Below, piece by piece: positions 14,405-29,270 of a stretch of 64,000 nt of DNA. The DNA is from Octopus bimaculoides (taxonomy: Eukaryota), in NCBI RefSeq assembly GCF_001194135.2, contig NC_068982.1, forward strand, positions 26,569,978-26,633,977. The letters are read 5' to 3'. Every line of letters starts with the position of its first letter. Positions within the stretch are counted from its first letter, which is position 1. The notes below the pieces were generated by a model, which was not told the origin of the DNA, did not search any database, and saw only the letters and a list, made by a program, of their open reading frames with translations. Both the position numbers and the translations under genes were made by a program.

Positions 14405-14719
14405 CAGTGCTACTCAAAGTGGTGGTCCACGGACTGGTGCCGGTCCACGAGCCATCAGCTACCAGTATGCGGCGAGTTTCCTGAAAAGAAAGAAACATTA
14501 TAAAATGGTTATAAAATGATTATAAAATGCTTATGTAACATTGTCTTATTTGTTTAGAAATTAAAAAATATGAGATGAAAAGTTGTCCACTTTTATTATA
14601 TTCATTATATATATATTGTTTCCGGTATAAATTAATATTACAAACAAATATTACCAGTTCCTGGTACACTGGAAACAAAAACTGCCGATACGCCACATCA
14701 GGTAGTTTGAGAAGCACTG
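14405..14719 (+). mobile_element. hAT (Charlie-like) MITE, 315 bp
   Basis: TIRs CAGTGCTACTCAAAGT and reverse-complement CAGTGCTTCTCAAACT. The 8-bp flanks TTCTAAAC (14397-14404) and CTCTGAAC (14720-14727) match at 6/8, consistent with a hAT TSD. Confidence 0.85.
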
Positions 14720-14850
14720 CTCTGAACCATCTTCTAAATATTCACTACAACCACCAGTTCACAGACTCACTGTTTCTTATCTCTACACTACTTAAATAAT
14801 GGAAGCTTTTTCACTCTGACCTAAAAAACTGAATACCATTTCCAGCCAAC

Positions 14851-14900
<50 letters not shown>

Positions 14901-15569
14901 NNNNNNNNNNNNNNNNNNNNNNNNNNNNNNNNNNNNNNNNNNNNNNNNNNNNNNNNNNNNNNNNNNNNNNNNNNNTATATATATATATATTTATATTATA
15001 AGGTTTTTAAACTTTTAAATTTTCATATTCAAAAGAGACAGAGACTTCAAATTCGATATATATATATATATAAAGTATATTAGTATATTGAGTACTACTG
15101 CATCCAAATTTACATTTTTATACATAATCATATACATTCCTTTTAGAATAAAATAGAAGCACTTAAACCATTGCTCTCTTTATCTTTTTGTTTTTATATA
15201 TTTACATATACACACACTAATACACGACTTATAATCCCAATCCTGTTCATACAACGACTGGGGCAAAACTAGTCGGTATACAGCACTTACTCGGTATTAC
15301 CTGTATCCTCTTGGGTTTGGTTAAATCCAATACCCTCCTCAACCTTATATATATATATATATATAGGAAATATATATAAATGCATTATGCGAGTGTGTAT
15401 GTGTGTGTGCGCGCACGTTTGTATGCAGTGAGTCGCACAAATTCAAAAGATAAGAGGAACATTAATACCTACCGTGTTCAAAGAGATATCTCCATAAAAA
15501 GCAATTGACACATTGAGTTATGATATGTACATGTTTATGAATAAAAGGAAAGAACATAATATTCATATA

Positions 15570-16720
15570 AAATAAAACACTTGTAAATCCCTCTTCGACT
15601 CAGGTGTTGCACAATCATTAAAAGGTCGTTCATGTACATGATTATTACCCTAGGCAGTTTTATGACTTTGTATTACCATTGGCATTAATCACAGCTTTAA
15701 TGCATCCAGAAATAGACTCGTTCAAGTTTTGAATAGCTGTTAGGATAAATTTTAAGCCATTCTTGAAGCAGGATCTGCTTGGTGGTGGAAAGCGGCTTCT
15801 CACTTTTTGCTCAAAAAATTTCTGATTGCATTCAATTCCGTTGATTGCGGGTCTAGTCCAGGTGTTCTACTTTACTTCTGTGTTGTTCGTCCCAATTTTG
15901 AATAACATTATCCGTTTGACTCCGCGCATTGTCGTCCTGGAAAATTGCATTACTATCAGGGAACAATATAACATTGGATGGACACGATCAGTCAAAATAT
16001 TCAGATAACCTTTCCCGTTAACTCTGACCTTTAGAACAACTAATGGGCCTACAGAATTCCATTATCTGGCACCGAAATCTTTAGAGCTACGTCCATGCTT
16101 CACGCTAGGAGCTAAACAGTCAGAGTTGAAGGCCTCTGTTGAATGTCACCAGACATAATCACACCCAAGTGGGGAAAATGGTGAACGATGATTCATCAAA
16201 CAAAATGAATTTATTTTGTTTAGTTATTCACCACTTTTGATAGTCTAGACACCATTCTTTTCGCTTATTGTTGTTGATAGGGAACATAAAAGTTTTAACA
16301 ATGGCAGTCTTCTCTTTATATCCAGCTTTATGGAACTCACAACGAACGGATTTAGTTGACACAGGCATGCAAGGTGGTGGTTTGGTTCTGATGTCATTTT
16401 TTCTGCTGGCGTTTGATGATTTGTAGGCATGAATTTAGAATGTGTAGCTCTCAAAATATTAAACAACTCAATAGTTTTAGTGACTAAAGCTCCAGATATA
16501 TGTTATTCAACAATTTATCCTCTTTGGAAGTCAGACGGTTATTTAAATATAAATATCTGCCAGAGGAGAAAAAACACAGGACCACATCGTGATGTACAAA
16601 GCATACACAATACATATAAAAACATACACAGCTAAGAACACACCTGAATTTTTCATTGCTAAGAAAATAAATAGTTATAAATTGGTGTTTCCATTATTTT
16701 ATCAAAATTTTTAATGAGTA
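15570..16720 (-). mobile_element. Tc1-like (DD34E) transposon remnant
   Basis: Minus-strand fragments: PVSTKSVRCEFHKAGY...KRKEWC, FDESSFTIFPT, GPLVVLKVRVNGKGYLNIL, FQDDNA, QEWLK, AIQNLNESISGCIKAVINANG. TIR-like AAAATAATGGAAACACC near 16684-16700. Left boundary approximate. Confidence 0.85.
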
Positions 16721-18329
16721 TATATATTTATCAAAATTTGATAAACCTACAAGACTAGGTGAAAGCGCTAATTTATAAAACATGTGACATATGAATAAAA
16801 ATCTGTAAATATACAACGATCCAGACATCTGAGTACCTGATTATTAGTTTTTCTAATATATAATTCCTGTACATCACCTCCAAACCTTCCAATATATATA
16901 TATATATATATAAAGCAAAACCATTTTATTCCAAAATTTATTTCTGTTTAACAACTGAGTGAATTTAATAAAAGCATCTAAATATGAAACATCATGAAAA
17001 TTGTTCAAACTGAACTCCATCTTGAGCGATACATTTTTCCATTCGAGTCAATACAGAATTATAGATAGTATTTATGGAATTTTGATTTACTGTCGGATGA
17101 CATCTGGCCATAATAGAGAAAGACAGGGGGAATGAGAGAGAGAAAGAAAGAGAGAGAGATGAATGGATGGACAGAAGGAGACAGATTCTAATTATTTAGT
17201 TATTAAAATCGTTTCTATTCATTATTATTTCTCAACACTTTTGATAAGTAATATTTGAAATGTCTTCTATTTTATCAACTCTATTCTCATTTTCCCCTCA
17301 ACCTGCGGCAATATTGCTATATTTAACAGTTTGAACGAATCCTTAAAATAGAGGCTTTCTGACTGCGATTCAATCCATCTACTTTCGTTCCTACTCTGAA
17401 TGCTGAGCGCTTCTCTGATATACTATATGTAATTCTGTTACTGAAATACACTTGGTAACAGTATACTGGATTGCTTTTTACTATTGTTTCTCATTTCGGT
17501 GCATTTCAATACTAACTTTTAAGTCTCAATCATTCATGCCGAACTGGAGGACGAAATATTGTGAACACTACTATACACCAATCATGGAATGCAGATACCT
17601 GCCAAAGTGGAGTCAATTGACCTAATCGGTTACTAATATATTTATGTTAAGATATATTACCAAGTAACAGATTGTATTTTATTACGCATCCATGTGATAC
17701 AGAAATATACGTTGAAAATTATTTTCAAAATGTTTCAACTCTTCTACTATCATCTCTCTCGTCTTCTCTTCGTCTTTCACCAACTTCTCGCCACCATTGA
17801 TGTCATCATTTCTGACGTACGTTCAGGAATTTGTGTTAGCACAAGAAAAAAGGACTTTCTAGGGTTAACGATTAATAAATCGCTTTGCACAACACAAGAT
17901 TACAGGTTTTAGTGGATCCCTACAATCATCGATATATATATATATATANNNNNNNNNNNNNNNNNNNNNNNNNNNNNNNNNNNNNNNNNNNNNNNNNNNN
18001 NNNNNNNNNNNNNNNNNNNNNNNNNNNNNNNNNNNNNNNNNNNNNNNNNNNNNNNNNNNNNNNNNNNNNNNNNNNNNNNNNNNNNNNNNNNNNNNNNNNN
18101 NNNNNNNNNNNNNNNNNNNNNNNNNNNNNNNNNNNNNNNNNNNNNNNNNNNNNNNNNNNNNNNNNNNNNNNNNNNNNNNNNNNNNNNNNNNNNNNNNNNN
18201 NNNNNNNNNNNNNNNNNNNNNNNNNNNNNNNNNNNNNNNNNNNNNNNNNNNNNNNNNNNNNNNNNNNNNNNNNNNNNNNNNNNNNNNNNNNNNNNNNNNN
18301 NNNNNNNNNNNNNNNNNNNNNNNNNNNNN

Positions 18330-18403
<74 letters not shown>

Positions 18404-18656
18404 GCGTGTGTGTACACCTGTGTAAGTATTCGTAAAATACACAGGACTGTGTTTTTATGTAAAATATCGGCGGCTCAATAAATGCAAAATATAGCTAGAA
18501 CGGGAATACATAACTAATATAAATGTATATGAAATTTACTAAATCATGATATACATATCATCTAAAACCACATACATTTTTTTTACAGTGCATGCAACCA
18601 TACTTCTGTTAGATAAATAAATGAAAAAATATTCATACACACATACACAATATATG

Positions 18657-18972
<316 letters not shown>

Positions 18973-19349
18973 TGCGTAAATACTTCTTATATATTACATA
19001 TTTCCATGCAAAGCCAAAAGTAAGTGATCTGAATTGTATATTTGAAGTTGAAGAGTATTTTTCGAGTTTTGCTTTTTCTATTTTGACTTAGTTTAGTATA
19101 AATTACGCATATTCTTTCATTAGTTTCAATTTGTAGGCTGAATCTAATAGAAGTGGTCGATACAAAATCTTCGTAGCCGTACTGGAGCACCGGCTGTACA
19201 ATTACTGCTTTATCAACAGATGTTGCTGCTCTTGGTTGCGTTTCTTACAGTCACATTGATTCGTGGGAATCGCATTTGATAGGTTATCCAAATGTTATTT
19301 AAATACTAGTCACCATGTAGATTTCTCAGTTATTGTTCTGAAGCGAGGG

Positions 19350-20620
19350 TTGTAGCAGTTGGGGTTTGATATTGCTCAGTTTGGTATCTTAGATCTCCGC
19401 CCTTCATTATTAAAATTCTCCCCATTTCTGAAGAGATAGACAATTCCCTAAAATAAGCGACCACCACATCAAAGTCATTATAAACAATAAGATATCACTC
19501 TTGTTTCACAAAGATTCCCACTGGATAGAAAAAGAATGTGGCCCACTTTTCGATGTATTCATGTGGAGCGATGACGTGGCTGAGGTCGCTAAGCATGTCA
19601 GCTTATTTATCCTAGGCACCCTAAAAATGAATACTTCCCACCAAAGTTCGACCATGCTCAGAAATGATTGCCTGCAATCTTAAGCCGTATAAACGTCAGC
19701 CTATCTATAGCTGTAACCATCAATTTACCAAAGTTCGAATCCAAGACGTCATTCCTCATCCCGATACAAGCAGAACTACTCCTATATAAATAGCCCGGCA
19801 AGGAAACTGCTTTTATTCGTGGAAATTCCAACCATCCACCTTCAGCTGTAATTAGAAATTTAGTCACTGGTATTAACATAAGAATTTCCAGTCTATCGCA
19901 GAATTGAATGATATTCAGCAGGGCCGCAGTCCACTATAACGAGGTACATACGTGACTTTACAGGTAAGTTATTGTATATGGAAGATACCATACTCCAATA
20001 TCAAACCGGAAAACAAATTAGAAAGGAAAATCAATCTGGCTTAATCTTCCATACAATCTAAGTGTCCCCGCTAATATAATTAGATGAGGAGTTTTCTGGC
20101 ACAAACTATGGAAACATTTCCCAATAATCATAAGATAACACTGTTATCCCCATAACGTGCTGGTTAGCTACTCATGCTTAGACCATATTATTTTCTACAA
20201 TTCACGCTACAATAATAATCTCTCACATAATCTCCAAACCATATTTCAACGTATAACAGCCTAAATCCTATCAACTATCATTGAAAAGAATTCTGTATCT
20301 CAAAGAATGTGATATGCAGAGCTGCTCTCTAACAATCCAGTATGATAAGAGAATACTGTACAGGCACGACAGTCAGTGATTTTAAGGGAAGATATACACA
20401 ACACATACACTCCTTTAGGCGTAGGGTCAGAGAAAACTCCACCACGCTTTCTCGCTTCCGGAGACTCTATATGCATTAAGACAACTCCTCCAGCATCACA
20501 TGGGATATCCTTGACGGGACATCTTATTATTCTCTGGAGTTTTTAATTACCACACTGCCTTCGGGAGAAATTGCACATAGTTACTAGCTTGCAGTAGGAA
20601 AACCAATTTGTCTTACTGTT
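19350..20620 (+). mobile_element. Penelope-like element remnant (RT plus GIY-YIG endonuclease)
   Basis: SLLFHKDSHW..LFDVFMWSDDVAEV (FDVTMGSYDGAEV-like), SNHPPS, LNLPYN, VSYSCL, and KNVICRA...GTTVSDFKGRYTQHIHSFR (GIY-YIG-like). Confidence 0.8.
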
Positions 20621-21065
20621 GCCACCAAAGGTAAGTTTTATTAACGAACATCGAGCCACTGGCCGCTGGTATCTCGATTCTACCACTTTAGGCATTGCTT
20701 GCCCATGCATACTGCCAGCTTATATGACCTGTGATAGACACCTTACCAAAACACATGTTGGCCACGTCAATTATAATGTGATAGCAGGAAATCTGTTAAC
20801 CTCACGTGGTAAATATTGTAACTGAAATTCCACACCATAAGAAATGTCAACTAAATAGCGTCAACATGAGACTTCGAATGAAAGAACTGTTGTCGCTAGG
20901 ATAGTTGATACAACGGCGTGAAATGATCTGATCTGCCAAATAATCATTTACAATCGATTTTAAATTTATTTCAAGTTCTTTTCACTCTGAATCTGAACAT
21001 CTCGTGAGTTGGACTTATCTACACTCACGAAACTAAAGTAAAATGGAACTGAGCCAAATTAGTGT

Positions 21066-21230
21066 GTGCACCGCCTTTAATCGAACAAATCGACCCCAGG
21101 ACTTATTCTCTGTAAGCCTAGTACTTATTCTATCGGTCTCTTTTACCGAACCGCTAAGTTACGGGGACGTAAACACACCACCATCGGTTGTCAAGCGATG
21201 TTGGAGGGATAAACACAGACACACAAACAA

Positions 21231-21271
<41 letters not shown>

Positions 21272-21492
21272 NNNNNNNNNNNNNNNNNNNNNNNNNNNNN
21301 NNNNNNNNNNNNNNTATATACATATATACGACGGGCTTCTTTCAGTTTCCGTCTTACAAATCCATTCACAAGGCTTTGGTCGGCCCGAGGCTATAGTAGA
21401 AGACACTTGTGCAAGGTGCTACGCAGTGGGACTGAACCCAGAACCATGTGGTTGGTAAGCAAGCTACATACCACACAGCCAGTTCTGCGCCT
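21066..21492 (-). mobile_element. composite tRNA-derived SINE, family 2, with internal microsatellite
   Basis: Minus-strand head GGCTGTGTGGTATGTAGCTTGCTTACCAACCACATGGTTCTGGGTTCAGTCCCACTGCG (A/B boxes). This is followed by a unique body, (TA)n/gap/(TG)n, and a tail CCCCGTAACTTAGCGGTTCGGTAAAAGAGACCGATAGAATAAGTACTAGG. Confidence 0.85.
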
Positions 21493-23269
21493 GTATTGTA
21501 TATTATTTCAGTATTTTTCTATAGAACAAACCGTATCATATTTCCTTTAAGCTTTTGATCTTTTGTATTTTAAGTGAGAAATGGAACAATTCTGACTTTG
21601 GAACTGAACAAAATATTGTCTAATATATTTACCTTCCTACTCTGCGCAAAGTCGTTCCGTTGACCACCTCTGATTGATCTGAACTTTCACGATTTTCCTT
21701 ATTCAACGAGAGCAAAACACTCTAACTTTCTGTAAACTAAAAGAAACAAGCATCTTGCACTGAAATATAAATATATTGAAACATTGATAAAATAAGTAAT
21801 CGCTTACATACAGAATATTTACAATAGTATAATGATTATCATGCTAGTATTGTGGGTGTAGTTATACTAAAAACTTAAAGTAGAAAATGAAAATTCAACT
21901 GTAATAAAAAAAAATGTATTTTAAACATTCAAATTTTACTTTTGTGTTTCAACACTTACACTAATATTTTAAATTTTAGAACAAATCTACTTTTGGGGAA
22001 AAAGAGGAAAAGAGATAAGAAAATAAAAGAAGGAAATACTAAATAAGTAGTGGGGAAATAAAAGGAAGAAACAAAAGAAAAAAATTGATGTGAAATTATA
22101 GTTATTACAGTTTCATTGGCTAACCTGCCTGTCCTTCAGCATCGTTATCTTTGATTATTCGATTTAGTTGAATGAATGAACTCACGCCAACGCAGTTCTA
22201 TTGACAGAACAAAAATAAGTAGAAAAAAAAAATATATATATATATATAGCGTAAAATTAAACTATACTGCAATTAAACATTGAGATGATGAACCAATCCT
22301 TTTGGGTAGCTGCATATTATAGATAATAGTCTAACTCAATTTAATCAAATCCACCCAGAAATCTCTGTATAGCACTACTTAACATCACTCTTTATTTAAT
22401 ATGTGAAATGTCTATTAAATAAAATGAGAGCCATAACAGTTAATCGTTAAAATGCATAGTAAATTTTGCTCTTAATTGCTAATTGTTGGATTAAATATTA
22501 AAATACTTTTGTTAGAAAATATAAATTAGCTTCCTTAAATATTAAAAAATTATGTTTGGCCTTTACTGTCAAAATAACATTTAAATTTATAGCACCGCTC
22601 ACTATTTACACAAGACTCATATAATTAGCAGCATCGTTGGCATCATTGCCTCCAAAGACAAGCAGCTAATATCGATCATTGATACACTGATGTAATAAAT
22701 GTTTTACCACAATAAATCTATACATCAAAAACTTCCACAACCAACGAACATTGGCGGATTCGATTATCAGTTGTAACCCTTTCGCTTCTTTTAATTTACT
22801 AATGTTTCTTGTCGTATGATCACCAGATTTTGCTTTTGATAAAATCTACTAGAGATAGTAGGTAAATTTAATCAACGGTTTTCATTCTTTGAATTACTAT
22901 TAGGCTTATATAAATACTAATTTTTATTTCTTCGATTATTTCTAGTCAAACGATTATTTCTTATCTCTCGTAAGACAATGGCTCAGTAGTAGTAGACCGT
23001 TAATTATTATGCATACTGTATTTTAGAAAATGTGCTATATTTTATTCTTTATTTATTTGATCTTTCATAAGTAGAAAGCCTATATTTTGATATAATTGAT
23101 GCGAAAACGTTAAATAAAGATGTGCAAAATTTGACAGAGAATACAACCAAAATATTTATAAACAACAAGCTTTGACCTTTTAATAGTGAACATTTGAGCA
23201 TTTATTTTCTAATGGTATGTATATAATTAGGCAATGAAAACTATTGAATATTATGGATATAACAATATA

Positions 23270-23480
23270 CAGGGCCATCTAAAACTGTCTATGACATCAA
23301 TATAAACAGGCTCAGAACCGTAACTGAGCTTCTTGTCTCTCCCTTTCTCTCTCATCTCTTCAATACAGCATTCATTCACCTCACCACAGTATTCATTAAA
23401 CCCCTCCAACCCAACAAATCCTGTTGACTGACCCGGCTCAGAGATCCCAAGAGATTTGTCCACTACCCTACCGTTCATAC
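23270..23480 (+). mobile_element. possible LINE RT N-terminal fragment
   Basis: ELLVSPFLSHLFNTAF...IKPLQPNK resembles P.L..LFN.S...V.PI.K. Weak. Confidence 0.25.
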
Positions 23481-24207
23481 TCTTGGTAGTTCTGACTATC
23501 CTAGGTCATTAAGTTGAATAAAATTACGTTATATCGTGCCGATTTTTAACCATGAATATTCTTTCATTTTTAGTAACAGAATTAAAACTTATATATATAT
23601 CATTTAAATGCTATGGGAGTTCCAAATAAATAAATATATATATATTACAGAGCATAAATAATTTTCCTTCTGTGCTATCATTTCGTATTTTGATTATCTA
23701 GTAAGTAGGGTATATTTACCTATCTTGCCTCTGGATGCACCCGCCAGAGTTGTAATTCAAACAGAAAATACTTTAAAGAATAAATCTGCCATTAACTTTA
23801 TACTGTTGAAGTTTTATTTACTTAACAATCTTCTCCATGAAGCTACTCACCATATATAATACCTATTTCTGTAGCAGGCTATACATCTTGTTTTATTACT
23901 TTGTCAGTGTGTTACTACCTCACAGTTTGTTTGTTACAACAGGTAAAAGCATTTTGAAAGCTTTTTAAAGTTTAATGTGTCTGTTGGGTAACTGCTGTAC
24001 GTCTTCATCTAACACCGTATAAATTTGTTAGGTTCAACAAAGCGTCTTACAATTTTTTGTGAGGTTAAATATAATTGAAATTATTTATAATCCTGGTAGG
24101 ATGATAGTTTATTTATTTGGCTCACTGAGACCACGGCACATAAAGGTTGGACATGAAGGCTGAAGAAAAAAGGAGTGAAGTTGATAAAATCGTCTGCTGA
24201 TATATAC

Positions 24208-24245
<38 letters not shown>

Positions 24246-24439
24246 GTGTGTGTGTGTTCACACATCCTTCTAGGAGAAGAGTAACTCGTATATAAAACCT
24301 GATGCTCTACTGTGCCAGATATCTTAAACTTTGTTCGTCGTTTTGTTTGGGTTAATTTATAAATGTATATGAGTACGGTCCATGCCATCGAAACAACGAA
24401 CATTTTGTTCTGTGTTTGTACGTGTGATCATTGTTTTGA

Positions 24440-25220
24440 TGATGTGCAAAGCCAGTTATTGTCTAGAAGTTTATTCAAAAGCAAGTTGTAGAATATCAAC
24501 ATTTGTTGAGGTTGAAGTAACATCTGAGTCCGAAAAGAATGGCAAGTTTCTGTTGTGTTTAAAATGTACTTTCAGCAGGAAAGATCCTCGGTAATACCGA
24601 GACCCAACATGAGCGAATTTGATGGCTCTGAGTGAGCATTATGAATAAGAGTATTTGGTACGATGGAGTTTCCTTGATTTGAGTAGCGTTTATATTTACT
24701 TTTTATTGATAGAGATATGATTGGTATATTTTGATCGGCGGATACTTTTGAAATCATTCGTAAGATCTGTGTTGCGAGCGACAACTTAGTTGTGAGTGAA
24801 TAATAAATAACTGGATAATGTTAGAGAGAAATAAAGAATAGTGTCAATTGCGAATGGGTGAGTTGCATGTGGTGGCAAGAATGTTATCGATTTAAAGAAG
24901 AGAGTCGGAGACAAATCTGAACCCTGACACTCACCGAAATCGATAGAATGAGGAACAGAAAGAGTTCCATCATCTCACGCAACTATAGTGCGACCTGGTA
25001 GGAGGTTACAGGTCCAAGAGATGGGCGATGGGGGAGCTCACAGTCAAGAAGTTTTGAGAGGAGATTCACATGTTACACGTTGTCGAAGGTTTTGCTCACG
25101 CAGAAGGAGATAGCATTACTTTCACTAAGTACTTCCACAGGAAGAGCCCACTGTCAAGAAAAAGATGAGAGGAAGCCATTAGTGTATCTAGCCTGGCAGA
25201 AACCACACTGATAGTCATTA

Positions 25221-25225
<5 letters not shown>
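24440..25225 (-). mobile_element. CR1/L2-type LINE RT remnant
   Basis: Minus strand: LFNDYQCGFCQARYT, CVSKTFDNV*HVNLLSKL, then GECQGSDLSPTLFF and HPFAIDT. These match QYGFR..RST / D.SKAFD.VWH..LL.KL / GVPQGS.LSP.LF / SFADD. Confidence 0.7.
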
Positions 25226-25268
<43 letters not shown>

Positions 25269-25340
25269 AAGAGAGAGTGAGAGAGAGACAGATAGACAAA
25301 CAGATAGGTAGACAGACAGGCAGGCAGGCAGACAAGCAGA
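25225..25340 (+). repeat. (GA)n / (GACA)n / (GGCA)n
   Basis: Direct reading. Confidence 0.95.
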
Positions 25341-25914
25341 GACATAGGGACAGAGAGAATCAAAGTATCATAGGACACCATTGTTAACGGCTCTCTCCAT
25401 TGCCGCAAAGATGTTAGAAGTGAGGAGCAAAAGGATAATCGAGTGCAATAGGGTCATGAAGAAGTTACAGTTCTGTTGAAAATATCAGCATTCTCTATTT
25501 CCTAACGGTATAAAGATTTATTCCACTAGTGGACAATATGCACTGTTGTTTGTCAAAGGAGATGATCGTAAGTTTTCTAAGTGTGTACTGTTTCACAGAA
25601 TATTAGCAAGCAATTGGCTGGTGGGAATATATATGTCTGTATAGATAGTCTAAAATTTCTGACTAGATTTTATCAAAATAAATGTTGAACATCACAATTC
25701 GTTTTAGTGATTGATATTACTAAGGATATTACATAAATATTCTGGTCAAATCCTGCAACTTGTTATATCATTCACGGACACAAATGTTTTGCTGCTTTCG
25801 TCCTATATCATCTACAGTTTATATATTGTGCATGTGATATGTTTGCGTGTGTACGCATGTAGAGAAGCAGAGAGACAAAGAGCAGGAGAGACACAGACAG
25901 AAGAAAAGAGCGAG

Positions 25915-25926
25915 ATAGATAGATAT

Positions 25927-26010
<84 letters not shown>
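25915..26010 (+). repeat. (TA)n(GA)n compound microsatellite
   Basis: Direct reading. Confidence 0.97.
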
Positions 26011-26013
<3 letters not shown>

Positions 26014-26669
26014 ACAGTTTTGAGTTCTAATGTTTGTAGATTCATAGATAGTATGTATGTGTTTGACGGTGTGGTAGTTATTATTATCATTTAATAATGG
26101 AGTCACACGTTACGATTCAACTCTCCTCAAAAGAAAATATCATTTATATACACGTGATTACTGACAAAGCTCAGAAGAGAGATATCCGTATATAGCACTC
26201 TCACCGCCGCTACAGGACAATGTTTGTTTACTACTGATATAGTTGTACTTTTAAAAGCAGTAAGGCCTTGTTAGGAAGTAGATGAACGTTGGGGAGAGGA
26301 AGAGCGTCCTGCTGTAAAATACCAAAGCCTCATATTGTACCTGAGCTACGCAAGCATAGAAAATTAGAAAGGAAATCGGAATGAAAGAACACAACAAATA
26401 TACACCTGTGAACCTTTGTGTGTGCGCACGTGCACGCGCCATGTGCGTCTGTGTGTAATTATGTGTGTATGTGTCTGTGTAGCAGTCACTCATGTCTGAG
26501 TAATGTTGTGGTATCTTGTATCATGCATTCGTTAACTGTTTTAAGTATTATGTGGCCGCCGAGAGACCTATGCACTCTTGTGTATTCCCGCTGGCAGAAT
26601 ATCGAGCAGGTAAAACGTAGATGGATAAGCAGGATATCAGCACTTTACTGCAATTCATTTGCAAGTGAG

Positions 26670-26792
26670 TAGGCTGGAACTGTGTAAAATTAAATGTTTT
26701 GCTGGAGGACACAACACGCTGTCGTGTCCCGGAACCAGAGTCAAGGCTTTATGATCGTGCTTCCAATACCCTAACCACTCGGCCGTGACCAC
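26670..26792 (-). mobile_element. degenerate tRNA-derived SINE head, family 3
   Basis: Minus strand GGCCGAGTGGTTAGGGTATTGGAAGCACGATCATAAAGCCTTGACTCTGGTTCCGGG...GTGTTGTGTCCT. A related copy lies at 43030-43102. Confidence 0.6.
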
Positions 26793-26945
26793 AAACATAC
26801 ATACATACATACTTGCTTGCTTATATATACAAATACATGACTATTAAGGTTTATCTTTCTATTTCAGGTTTAATGTATTTTCTTGATATTTTTTACAATC
26901 ACATTGGAACAATAAAGTTCTTAAATCCATATTTGACGTCTCCAG

Positions 26946-27030
<85 letters not shown>

Positions 27031-27937
27031 NNNNNNNNNNNNNNNNNNNNNNNNNNNNNNNNNNNNNNNNNNNNNNNNNNNNNNNNNNNNNNNNNNNNNN
27101 NNNNNNNNNNNNNNNNNNNNNNNNNNNNNNNNNNNNNNNNNNNNNNNNNNNNNNNNNNNNNNNNNNNNNNNNNNNNNNNNNNNNNNNNNNNNNNNNNNNN
27201 NNNNNNNNNNNNNNNNNNNNNNNNNNNNNNNNNNNNNNNNNNNNNNNNNNNNNNNNNNNNNNNNNNNNNNNNNNNNNNNNNNNNNNNNNNNNNNNNNNNN
27301 NNNNNNNNNNNNNNNNNNNNNNNNNNNNNNNNNNNNNNNNNNNNNNNNNNNNNNNNNNNNNNNNNNNNNNNNNNNNNNNNNNNNNNNNNNNNNNNNNNNN
27401 NNNNNNNNNNNNNNNNNNNNNNNNNNNNNNNNNNNNNNNNNNNNNNNNNNNNNNNNNNNNNNNNNNNNNNNNNNNNNNNNNNNNNNNNNNNNNNNNNNNN
27501 NNNNNNNNNNNNNNNNNNNNNNNNNNNNNNNNNNNNNNNNNNNNNNNNNNNNNNNNNNNNNNNNNNNNNNNNNNNNNNNNNNNNNNNNNNNNNNNNNNNN
27601 NNNNNNNNNNNNNNNNNNNNNNNNNNNNNNNNNNNNNNNNNNNNNNNNNNNNNNNNNNNNNNNNNNNNNNNNNNNNNNNNNNNNNNNNNNNNNNNNNNNN
27701 NNNNNNNNNNNNNNNNNNNNNNNNNNNNNNNNNNNNNNNNNNNNNNNNNNNNNNNNNNNNNNNNNNNNNNNNNNNNNNNNNNNNNNNNNNNNNNNNNNNN
27801 NNNNNNNNNNNNNNNNNNNNNNNNNNNNNNNNNNNNNNNNNNNNNNNNNNNNNNNNNNNNNNNNNNNNNNNNNNNNNNNNNNNNNNNNNNNNNNNNNNNN
27901 NNNNNNNNNNNNNNNNNNNNNNNNNNNNNNNNNNNNN

Positions 27938-27972
<35 letters not shown>

Positions 27973-28005
27973 CAGAGAGAGAGACAGACAGAGAGAGAGA
28001 GAGAC

Positions 28006-28044
<39 letters not shown>

Positions 28045-29045
28045 GGGGGGTTATGAGAGGTAATGGTGTCAATAAGACCCAAAAGTGTCAGGTAATGCTG
28101 AGTAAGTGCTATGGATAGATCATAGCTAAGTTCCAGGTTCGGTGATTATGCGAATAAGGAGTGCAACGTAGGTCATATATCAGTATGTGTATATATAATT
28201 TTTTTTTTCAGAATGAGATAAAAAAAACCAAGGCTGTGAAGATTTTAGAACATTTATAAATAGGTCTTACAGCTGTTTCCAGAATATTTGTTATATCACT
28301 TCATCGGAGACAGTGTGAGAGGATGGTTAAGCAAGAGTTAATTTAGATAAGATACGAGAGTGAAGTGGAGGAATGAAAATAGATGTAAGATATGCAGGGA
28401 TATTGCATTTGTAGATCCATTATTTAGGCAGAATGGTATACATATAAGATTCCAATACCTTGTGAGTAAATTCCAATAGTATTTAAAATTGGTCATTCCA
28501 AGTATAGAGTTTGTACACAGTGCTATTGAATCGAGAGTTTTATTTAAAGTGACCTAAAAGTAGGGAATATATTTGTAAGGTCAAATCGAATATATATATA
28601 TAATATAGATTTAATCAAAAGATTAAATGTGGTACTTAAAATGTTTGAGGCACCAGNNNNNNNNNNNNNNNNNNNNNNNNNNNNNNNNNNNNNNNNNNNN
28701 NNNNNNNNNNNNNNNNNNNNNNNNNNNNNNNNNNNNNNNNNNNNNNNNNNNNNNNNNNNNNNNNNNNNNNNNNNNNNNNNNNNNNNNNNNNNNNNNNNNN
28801 NNNNNNNNNNNNNNNNNNNNNNNNNNNNNNNNNNNNNNNNNNNNNNNNNNNNNNNNNNNNNNNNNNNNNNNNNNNNNNNNNNNNNNNNNNNNNNNNNNNN
28901 NNNNNNNNNNNNNNNNNNNNNNNNNNNNNNNNNNNNNNNNNNNNNNNNNNNNNNNNNNNNNNNNNNNNNNNNNNNNNNNNNNNNNNNNNNNNNNNNNNNN
29001 NNNNNNNNNNNNNNNNNNNNNNNNNNNNNNNNNNNNNNNNNNNNN

Positions 29046-29230
29046 CGGTATTTCGTCTGCCGCTACGTTCTGAGTTCAAATTCCGCCGAGGTCGACTTTG
29101 CCTTTCATCCTTTCGGGGTCGATCAAATAAGTACCAGTTACGCACTGGGGTCGGTATAATCGACTTAATCCGTTTGTCTGTCCTTGTTTGTCCCCTCTGT
29201 GTGTAGCCCCTTGTGGGTAGTAAAGAAATA
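29046..29230 (+). mobile_element. family 1 SINE, tail type A (5' end in gap)
   Basis: CGTTCTGAGTTCAAATTCCGCCGAGGTCGACTTTGCCTTTCATCCTTTCGGGGTCGAT...GTAGCCCCTTGTGGGTAGTAAAGAAATA. Confidence 0.92.
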
Positions 29231-29270
29231 ACACACACACACACACACACGCACACACACACACACACAG

